Shown here piece after piece: positions 58,301 to 64,000 of a DNA stretch of 64,000 bases. Numbering within the stretch: position 1 is the stretch's first letter; every line of letters begins with the position of its first letter. Location: assembly GCA_903904835.1 (NCBI GenBank), contig CAIVEI010000058.1, positions 8,580 to 72,579 on the forward strand, in the 5' to 3' direction. The position numbers and the translations under genes are program-made. Under the pieces are notes generated by a model, which was not told the DNA's origin, made no database searches, and saw nothing but the letters and a program-made list of their open reading frames with translations. The stretch comes from an uncultured Schlesneria sp. (GTDB lineage: Bacteria; Planctomycetota; Planctomycetia; Planctomycetales; Planctomycetaceae).

Positions 58301-60788
58301 CCAGAGTTGCCCACAGCGTTGAGCCGTTTGGTAGCGTCACATGCAGTCCCTGAACGCCAACAATGCTTAGCTGAAACGTTGCGCGATGCTGAAGTTCGCC
58401 GGTCCCACCAAGGATTGTCGATATTTCCAGTAACGGACAGATGGCTGTCGGAACGGGAAGCTTTTCGAATTTCTGCTCGCTCAGCGTCAGAACGGCACCG
58501 GGTGACGGAGCACGGTGTACCGCGACGATTCGTTCTTTTGGTTGGTAAAAGACGTTTGGCAGGTCGAGTGGATCGACTTCAGGAAGAGCAGTTCCACCCG
58601 CATCCGTCGCTGTAATCGTTAATCGTTGTTCGCCCCCCGCCTCAACTGCCAGGTATCCATTCTGGCGTTCCGCATCGATAAACCGACACTGTGTTACGAT
58701 GAAATCTTTCGACTCGCCACGTGGTAATTCAATATCGCAGACAACCAAAGCCTGCCCTCGCAATCGCTGTTCGAAATGCAACGTCCAGACCCGTTCACCA
58801 TTCTGTGGGGCTGCCGCTTTCTGTTCGATGATCCGAGGGCTGGGGCATTCGAATCGCAGTGCCGAGCCTGCTGATTCCGGCAGCGCGACGTTGATCGTTC
58901 GGATTCCGCCACCCTGAACTTCGATCACGCTTTGTATGAACGTGTGAAACGTCTGCGGATCAATTCGCCCAAACGTCACGGTTTGTGCCGCAATTCTTGA
59001 CGGCTTGCGAGTGATCTTCAGCTTGCCTGAATACCGTGTATCCTGTGATTGAAACCGCAATCGCTCGAACGCCGCTTTCAATGGTTGTGGGTCCAGACCC
59101 GTCAGATCGAACGCTTCGAGGTCAAGGTCGTCGTCACCACGAATCACAAACGCTCCTTCCGAGAGACTCGATTGCGGCAAGAACAATTCAGGCAGGTTGA
59201 CGGTGATCGGTTCCGCTTCCACGGGCCAGCCTTCGACGTCACGCCGCAAGGCCAGACGGATCTGGCCGCTGGTCTCTGCTGCCAGTGGTGGATCCAGCAG
59301 AATCCGTAATTGATTTGTACCCGGCTGATCCAGGCTGACCATCTGCCACTTCAGTGGTTGATTGTCCCTCAGAATCGTCAGCACCTGCCACTCAGCGGGC
59401 AAGCGAATGTCGAGTTCAAACAGAGAGGCGAAATGAGTCTCGATCGTGAGGGCTGCCTGTAGCTCAAGTCCAGTCGTGTTGACGTCCAATACAGCAGCGA
59501 CCGCCGATTGAACTTCGCGTTCTTTAGGTTGCGTCGTCAATCGCAAGTAGAAGTCAGATTGCCAGATATCAAACCGAAGTGATTCGGATGCATTTACCTG
59601 GGACACGTCATCAGGCATATCCGCAGCAGGCTTTTGTTCTTGAGTGGCCCGACGCACCCCGGCTGATTCATCGACACGCACACGAACGCCCGCTGGATAC
59701 TGGATGACAACTTGGCCGATGTGTGAAGTCACTCCTACGATCTGCAGCGGCGGGACCGTCCAGGCCGCTCCGCTTTCAACGGCCATGACTCCTTTGAACG
59801 AGATTTTTCTCGCTCCGTCGAATGCCTGCCCGAACGTCAGCGAGATATTTGTTCGCTGCGTGTCATTCGGGTCATCTGACAATTCCCAACTTTCCAGCCC
59901 GGTTGATTCCACGTCCGCAATTTCAAGGTATCTGGGCACTGAAAACGATAGCCGATCGACCGGCTTGCCAAAGATTTGCAAAGTTGTCAGCGCGTGCCAC
60001 GTCACCTCGCCGGGAGCAACATGTAGGCCGTATCCGGTTGAAGCGAACGTCAGCGAATCGGCTGCATTTTCAGCGGCGCGGTCGGTAATACGTAATTGGA
60101 TTCCGCCGGTCCCGCCAATGGCAATTTTATAATCGGCGACTTGATCAAGCGGAGCCGGGCGTTCCAGTTGTAAATTGCCGATCAACAAGCGTTTCCCGGC
60201 GGGCAACGATAACGTCAGCGTTCCGCTGGGTGCTCGTAGTAACGAGAATGCGGCAACCTGATCGCTCCCTAGCGCATTGAGTTCGGTCGAGAGCTGCAGC
60301 TTGAGAGAATGTTTTCCCCGCGTGTCCGTAAACAGAGAGACCGATCCATCCGTATGCCGCCCGACAAGCGCCGGAGCGTCGTCAACGAGAACCTGTTCCA
60401 GTGACAGCCGCTGCAAGGCAAATCGCGACTCACGCCATTCGTCGTCGAACTGAGTCAACTCGGCAGTCACCGAAAGCAGCAACTGGTCGCCGACGATTTG
60501 TGCGGCGTAATCGGCACTCGTTAAAACGACGGCAATCCCGGCAGGAACGGCGTTCTTTTCGGCATTCGCCTTCGCTTGTGTCAGCAACACATCAAACTTG
60601 GCTCGGGGCAGCAACACCCCTTGTTTGTCCCGTTCGATGATCACATCAAGATCTTCAACCGGAACAAAGACCCGCCGTGCTTCGGTCAGGTCGGTCACCA
60701 GATCACGTAATTGAGCCTGTGCGAGCATCGGTGATGCGGACGCGAAAAGCAGCACCGCCATCAGCCATCGAGAATATTGTGTGTTCAT
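52386..60788 (-). CDS. giant (2800 aa) membrane-anchored protein made of two tandem 'ectodomain + multi-TM anchor' modules
   Basis: Signal peptide MNTQYSRWLMAVLLFASASPMLAQAQ. TM clusters near residues 940-1000, 1230-1320 and 2700-2790. No motif from a characterised family recognised. Confidence 0.75.
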   Translation of the reverse strand: MNTQYSRWLMAVLLFASASPMLAQAQLRDLVTDLTEARRVFVPVEDLDVIIERDKQGVLLPRAKFDVLLTQAKANAEKNAVPAGIAVVLTSADYAAQIVGDQLLLSVTAELTQFDDEWRESRFALQRLSLEQVLVDDAPALVGRHTDGSVSLFTDTRGKHSLKLQLSTELNALGSDQVAAFSLLRAPSGTLTLSLPAGKRLLIGNLQLERPAPLDQVADYKIAIGGTGGIQLRITDRAAENAADSLTFASTGYGLHVAPGEVTWHALTTLQIFGKPVDRLSFSVPRYLEIADVESTGLESWELSDDPNDTQRTNISLTFGQAFDGARKISFKGVMAVESGAAWTVPPLQIVGVTSHIGQVVIQYPAGVRVRVDESAGVRRATQEQKPAADMPDDVSQVNASESLRFDIWQSDFYLRLTTQPKEREVQSAVAAVLDVNTTGLELQAALTIETHFASLFELDIRLPAEWQVLTILRDNQPLKWQMVSLDQPGTNQLRILLDPPLAAETSGQIRLALRRDVEGWPVEAEPITVNLPELFLPQSSLSEGAFVIRGDDDLDLEAFDLTGLDPQPLKAAFERLRFQSQDTRYSGKLKITRKPSRIAAQTVTFGRIDPQTFHTFIQSVIEVQGGGIRTINVALPESAGSALRFECPSPRIIEQKAAAPQNGERVWTLHFEQRLRGQALVVCDIELPRGESKDFIVTQCRFIDAERQNGYLAVEAGGEQRLTITATDAGGTALPEVDPLDLPNVFYQPKERIVAVHRAPSPGAVLTLSEQKFEKLPVPTAICPLLEISTILGGTGELQHRATFQLSIVGVQGLHVTLPNGSTLWATLVDGHPVEIRRSGDVYLIPLPATDTPSPQTAGGLRTLQLFYRSAVATNSQLGTVKQTPPSLTVESGQRTALPVEVLEQKWDLHYPAETRLIGSHSPLEPRQPLDRTSFLSTWNSDLRVPTLVDLGWQLLAVIITIGVIALLTYSYRKKQVVVTLFVMILIFAMIVPLMLPAVQQARESSRRTQLKNDMKMRELERANRGDGETTSTLPEHYYLDEDSVLERYDKSPIMDRDEKTNFQRLKRMQALSKKSPAPATDESRKLEGLQDNVALKSHTVRNHPMAPEAPLATAPFGSVMPPPAAMMNRPGPMVDGPGPGVMNMQLNGNPRDINGPVDGLMDHMDVAQQPAAEEGEVAPFEQQLSLNIDQGQNLKGTKNTRDLGLLSLAIDFVPPAGSRVKNFHYVGADTSTNGIPLEVDYIDRNSGGALRIFVIALIGTIGWFLRRASTATKVGFATMGLIIPIALLPFAPMSWQPNLDGLFVGTLISIVSWLICGCVHCCAYRCPRLVGLKLPTTTTALAMMFLISHTAYAQGEKPNTEKSNANGQAVAELKPTTTLIVPFDAGTEPLASERVFLSHEQFLQLYRLANPDKVSKQPAPQAGGIFEAMYAVKLVANEKNPEGAMIEVTARYAVKSFVDGQLLVDLPVGQVAAREVKLNGQTSALITNAGCFKVAITKPGLHVIDFIFGVPAKLSGTTGSFSLPLLPVPAGKLVFELPGKNLSVRVNGSSTIFRRVSQNELQSVEFSIDKGGDVAVAWQPPQAQGAATAVIHVDSVEAITLTDAGTSVSHGFSYRVRQGGIADTSFTLPDTLRLQAVNGPDVGGWELQGEGAARKLRVIFRRNVTDQTRLTIETFLDVKVGTDPQVIAIPQIAPLEITNEIGQIAVFAGNQFSIRAEQVESLSQIDGDKFATQIPISRPNVAPQLAYRFSKRPFTLNLRATRLESQTHITSQQAAFVSLRKQQLTTRFRYNLTGAPRSSLSVSLPENFVLLDVQATALRDYYVAKTDDSTILTIELKGPRLGLMEVVLGGFTQRNNAKASIEFPQPLDATRLDSEATVWLDEGFKGTLESFEGWRQVDATQVSGEVRAIRSAQPAQFAFSSNSTTPAVIALNLTQATPMLSANGLSMVTATDVAVIYMLALQWQIDVAKTDTLTLTTPDWLAGKLDFQGTGIREATHIDAGNNRTRWTIHLRSPVSGKYFATATTTLPPATTEVLAPAIVFEHEQKAVESQRQYVLLINSSLGQLSSVDPSLVESVQREDLPVIIGQEFVDQATELVRVKSLLTAPRWSLHTFAQQASAPASVNIADLTTVLSRDGTYQAQALYTIKNRSRQFLALKMPEGTELLSVFVAGQPSRAVTTKLPSLNGASAHLIALPKTSAASLSFLVKIVWRGRLSGPLPESVPLTREEFSVPAPQIISQQEDADYGIPVARTRWTVYLPEDLDAQAAHSTAKHNLSLSDGSDSLYGNAVLQEAGELLGFFEQIRESNRRLQTRNNLKQLGVAADNLNQLSKALQIYSDSSSGAEFAKNKAEVMKRLSEVERLAREESQKTNEYLSKTNNPAATQGLNYIQTEGLAEGAAIVNDQQLAVFNSNGGQLISIADDSLSDGNFNFGLGIQDGEPVAESKKEGRSQTSGRKDSLADNSKSSKPSNEAGNNKGNRAQLRMSNGINIDELNTTVTNNNTLRQNRVIPQQVVQPGQQGNLFGGYMNNGDGSSNTMNLTENFGNGTLWNRDSPSAAPQSSNPALSFESDYVGNSSTRNGAMGGGGGGMGRSPMPGSGAGIGYRYVRDNSGTLNQPRADSSPAPITSSSRFSFQVPPNAPWGTPAGQLAQDNRQTAEHGISLGGEIQNSNLGANAAPAWKQPGGLSLGINLPVSGRKLVFTKAGGDPKLALDIRPRESIRWAMGLAWTAAWLLVGTTILFSLRHTSGIRRLVHLLPIVTAVLGVLGFCILPAPLNAASFVLFIVSTVFTAWKKPETWI

Positions 60789-60834
60789 AAGAAACCTCGT
60801 AGCCGAGGAATGGTGTTCGTTGAGTTGATCGATG

Positions 60835-63800
60835 TTACGAGGGTGTGGCGACTGCCGGTGGCGGTTCCGCTGGGGGCGGTGTCGTCGTCGGCGGCTCGAC
60901 CGTCGAAACGAGCGAGGGCTTCAAACTCAATAAGCCATGAATTAACCAGATCGCGATGAGTGCTCCCAGCCCGTACGAGGCGACCTGCAGGCCATTAAGA
61001 ATCAGGTCGTAATCCTTCAGGGCATAGGCACAGGCAGTAAAAAGCCCAAGGATGACCAGCGTCAACTTGTTGTCCCATGACGTGTTTCGCAGGATCAGGG
61101 CAATCAAAACCAGGGCACCGCTGACGATCCATGTATAAAACGGCAGATGCCACCAGCCGACTTCGATCTGCTTACTTCCACCAAGGTTCATGTACTGAAA
61201 CCATTTTCCTTCCGTCGGAAAATCAAAGATTCCGCCGGTGTCATGTCCGATCCAGGCGTCGAGATTCTGTTCGCCAAACGTTGAACTGGATCGACCCAGA
61301 ATGGATTCACGCAGACTTGTCCTTGTCTGGACACTGAAATTCTGCTGAATCCGGTTTCCTTCCTTAATGGTCGGAGTGCCGATAAGCGAATACTCAGGTG
61401 GGACCCAGATTTTGGTGTAGAGCTGTTGCACCGCGACACCAGCGTTTCCATCACCTCCAATGACTGGCAGGCGGGCGAGTAGCTTTCCGCCTGCATTGGC
61501 GAAGGGAGCGGGATTGAATGAATGGCGGAAGACGAGAGACAGCGTAAATGGTTCGTCAGAAGACTTCGTACGTGCGACACTGATGAAGTACGAGATCCAG
61601 CCCTTATCCCCCTTGATATCTGCTTTTTCGAGTGCGGTCTGTTTACGGTCAACAAACACTCCAAGCACATCCACGTTCTCTGGAAGATCAATCCGAAGTC
61701 GCTGACGTTCGCTTGACTTCAGCACGTACCTGCAGCGGTAAATGCCGACACCCGCACGATCCAGGACCATTTCGACCAGGGCCTTGCTGACAACTGTTTC
61801 AATCACGCCCTGGATATCGTATTTGCTCGATGAGAGGTCAATTTTCGCCGGTTGCTTGAAGTACCGGAATGCGACGAATCCGTCCTGAGCGAGGTTCTGT
61901 AATTCCCGAACATCAATCGGTTCGACATCGCCACCGCTCGCCGTGGCCGAAACGGACAATGCTCGATCCTTGAGCACCGTGATTTCGCCGATTGTCCGCG
62001 ATAATCTGATGTCCCGTTTTCCCTGAGGACCGTCGGTCTTGTCATACGGATCGATGGCCTGGATCGCTTCAATCGTGGCAGACTCTTTATTAACTCCCTC
62101 GCCCGCAGTCGGCATAAGGTCATACTTGATTTCAAACGACTGCGTTCCAAGAACATCGCGCGGCATCACGACCGTACATGTCACCCAGCCATCAACTGCC
62201 AGACTCTTTTTGATCGGAGGCGACGACCCGTCGGTGGTTGATGTGAGTTGCAGTCGATCAGCAACCGCTTCCGGAGCCAAGAATCGAAAGGTATCGATCC
62301 CTGCGTATTCAATGATGTAGGTCAGTTGAGTCGTGACTTGAACTTGCCCCTGTTTGACATTCGCTCGGGTTCCCGCCACTGCGGTCAGTCGAGTCGATTT
62401 GCGAACGGTTCGAACGGGAATCTCGATCGGTCGTCGGTTAAACAACCACGACGAAACCAGCCGTGCATTCGGGACAACTTCGGGTTGAGGTGCGGGGTCA
62501 CGTTGAACTGAAACAAGCTTTTCGTCATCAGTGTTCACTTCAATCGCTTCCGGAGCGTAAATCTGAACTTTGCCATTCTCAAGTTCGGTCCCAAATGGTT
62601 CCAGCAGCGGCAATAACTGGTCTGTCTTCTCGGCGGCGGGGTCCAGAGTACGGGTCGAAGTGACCACCAGCGACAGCGTGCCTGATGTCTTTTCCCGCAG
62701 GCTGACTGTCAGCAATGTTTTGTCGGATGAGACATAGAATTGCTTCATCTTGTCGCAAACGACGTTCTCGATCGTCAGCTCTTCCGGCAGTTTGAACTTC
62801 AATTCGAACACTCCGGCACGGTCGATCGTATAATTTAAAATCGACCTGAGTCGAAGCTGATCGTCTCGAAAGACCAGTTGCGATGCATGGTCGACGATCA
62901 AGCGTGGTTCGACCGGCTTCGAAAGGAGTTTTAAGCGAAGCGAGGGATTGTAATAGTTGTAATACAAGGCTCCAGGACGTCTGATTTTTGGATCGATATC
63001 ACCTTCCGCCACTCGTAGAAGCCCACGTTGTTCTTCAACGGTTAAAGTCAACTCACTTCCCGCCTTCACCGCGATTTGGCCGCTTTCACGAATGACATCC
63101 ATCGCATGAATGCCGAACGCAGTCGCTCCATCTTGACCGGCAACATCAAATGCCTCAACCGGTGCCGCCCGTTCTGTATGAACGCCAAGTTGAACTTTGC
63201 CATCGGCACGACTGAGAAGCTCGACAGTGACAATCTGCTGATTCTCTTCGTCAACGGCCTTCCACTCTTTGACCTTTGCGTCGGAGGTGACGTCAAGAAT
63301 CCGATGCCCTTTCGGAACGGCAAGTTTGAACTTTTCCAATTGACCTCGAAGGATTTCGTATGTCAACCAGGTATCCGTGTGAATCAGCCCGTCTTCCACG
63401 GTCACCAGCGTGTGGTTTGTGACGCTGGCGAGCAATTCCATATCGGGCTTCGTTCCGACCCGAGGATGCCAGCGGACCGAGATTTTTTCGGTCGAACCGA
63501 TGGTTGCTTTAATTTTCGATTCTTTTGCCGCAACTTCCACCGGCTGAGTGGCCAGTTTTGGTTTCAACTCCATCGTCTGGTCGGCTTCAGGAACCAGCAG
63601 CTCAAAATCAGTGATTCCAACCGCGGGGACGTCCAGTTCCAGACTTTTCCCCTCAGGAGCGGTCCGGACGCGCGCGGTCAATTCGAGCGAAATCTTGTGC
63701 TCGCCAGCAGTTGGCAAAAGTAATGAATAAGTTCCGTTTCCCGTACCACGCAGCAGGACTTTTCCCGTATCGGATGTCAGCTTGCCGATCGCGGCTTCGC

Positions 63801-64000
63801 CGAATTTGACCGGAATCTCAGCCCACCCTTTTTCCAGAACCTGAACGACAAACGTCGCCGAGATTTGAGCGACATCTTTTTCCACCTTCCCTGAGTAGCT
63901 GGCTGAAGAAATCAACCCAGAAACGGGTGGGTGATCCGGTTTCCGTAGGCCGTCTCCGAACGCCTTCTCCCAAAGCTTGATGTAATCCGCATAGGGGACA
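60835..64000 (-). CDS. large membrane-anchored protein paralogous to the modules of the 2800-aa gene; 5' end outside the window
   Basis: The frame stays open from the track start (TTG 63915) to base 64000. C-terminal 3-TM anchor and a PPTTTPPPAEPPPA tail. A 46-nt gap and a gagg RBS precede the downstream giant gene. Confidence 0.75.
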   Translation of the reverse strand, partial: VPYADYIKLWEKAFGDGLRKPDHPPVSGLISSASYSGKVEKDVAQISATFVVQVLEKGWAEIPVKFGEAAIGKLTSDTGKVLLRGTGNGTYSLLLPTAGEHKISLELTARVRTAPEGKSLELDVPAVGITDFELLVPEADQTMELKPKLATQPVEVAAKESKIKATIGSTEKISVRWHPRVGTKPDMELLASVTNHTLVTVEDGLIHTDTWLTYEILRGQLEKFKLAVPKGHRILDVTSDAKVKEWKAVDEENQQIVTVELLSRADGKVQLGVHTERAAPVEAFDVAGQDGATAFGIHAMDVIRESGQIAVKAGSELTLTVEEQRGLLRVAEGDIDPKIRRPGALYYNYYNPSLRLKLLSKPVEPRLIVDHASQLVFRDDQLRLRSILNYTIDRAGVFELKFKLPEELTIENVVCDKMKQFYVSSDKTLLTVSLREKTSGTLSLVVTSTRTLDPAAEKTDQLLPLLEPFGTELENGKVQIYAPEAIEVNTDDEKLVSVQRDPAPQPEVVPNARLVSSWLFNRRPIEIPVRTVRKSTRLTAVAGTRANVKQGQVQVTTQLTYIIEYAGIDTFRFLAPEAVADRLQLTSTTDGSSPPIKKSLAVDGWVTCTVVMPRDVLGTQSFEIKYDLMPTAGEGVNKESATIEAIQAIDPYDKTDGPQGKRDIRLSRTIGEITVLKDRALSVSATASGGDVEPIDVRELQNLAQDGFVAFRYFKQPAKIDLSSSKYDIQGVIETVVSKALVEMVLDRAGVGIYRCRYVLKSSERQRLRIDLPENVDVLGVFVDRKQTALEKADIKGDKGWISYFISVARTKSSDEPFTLSLVFRHSFNPAPFANAGGKLLARLPVIGGDGNAGVAVQQLYTKIWVPPEYSLIGTPTIKEGNRIQQNFSVQTRTSLRESILGRSSSTFGEQNLDAWIGHDTGGIFDFPTEGKWFQYMNLGGSKQIEVGWWHLPFYTWIVSGALVLIALILRNTSWDNKLTLVILGLFTACAYALKDYDLILNGLQVASYGLGALIAIWLIHGLLSLKPSLVSTVEPPTTTPPPAEPPPAVATPS

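Overview
This 64 kb window looks like a Planctomycetota chromosome. The evidence is a DUF1559 'H-X9-DG' prepilin-like gene, a DUF1080-PQQ dehydrogenase fusion, giant membrane proteins and several short dispersed repeat families. All calls are by-eye motif recognition; no searches were run.

Layout:
1. 1-1184: 5'-truncated avtA aminotransferase.
2. 1.3-22.1 kb, + strand: a type II secretion / type IV pilus-like locus in the order gspE/pilB, pilT, gspE/pilB, gspF/pilC, then six prepilin-type genes in G, G', H, I, J, K order. All six are oversized, ending in a ~1950-aa GspK/PilX-like giant. A DUF1559 gene and a clean terminator follow.
3. 22.2-24.0 kb, - strand: a multidomain GT25 glycosyltransferase.
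4. 24.5-40.4 kb, - strand: a tightly packed siphovirus-type head-tail module. It runs prohead protease, HK97 capsid, connectors, tail tube, G/GT chaperone with an intact A_AAA_AAC -1 slippery site, tape measure, distal tail genes, then small Cys/poly-Ser proteins. No portal, terminase, integrase, replication or lysis genes are recognisable, and host-type palindromic repeats sit in its intergenic gaps. This fits a domesticated GTA-like element or a packaging-dependent element, and is the best candidate for something new.
5. 40.8-45.4 kb: a CehA/McbA-like metallohydrolase and a DUF1080-PQQ sugar dehydrogenase.
6. 45.5-47.8 kb: about 2.3 kb of non-coding sequence. It holds a Y1-transposase C-terminal remnant, a mosaic of repeat families, and a periodic array of eight palindromic TTGCGCAA boxes upstream of pepF.
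7. 47.8-49.6 kb pepF, then 49.7-52.2 kb a DsbD-like protein.
8. 52.4-64.0 kb, - strand: a 2800-aa gene and an upstream gene of more than 1050 aa (5' end outside the window). Together they contain three paralogous 'beta-rich ectodomain plus 3-TM anchor' modules. One module carries an embedded DUF1559-like pilin helix.

I recognised no rRNA, tRNA or CRISPR array.
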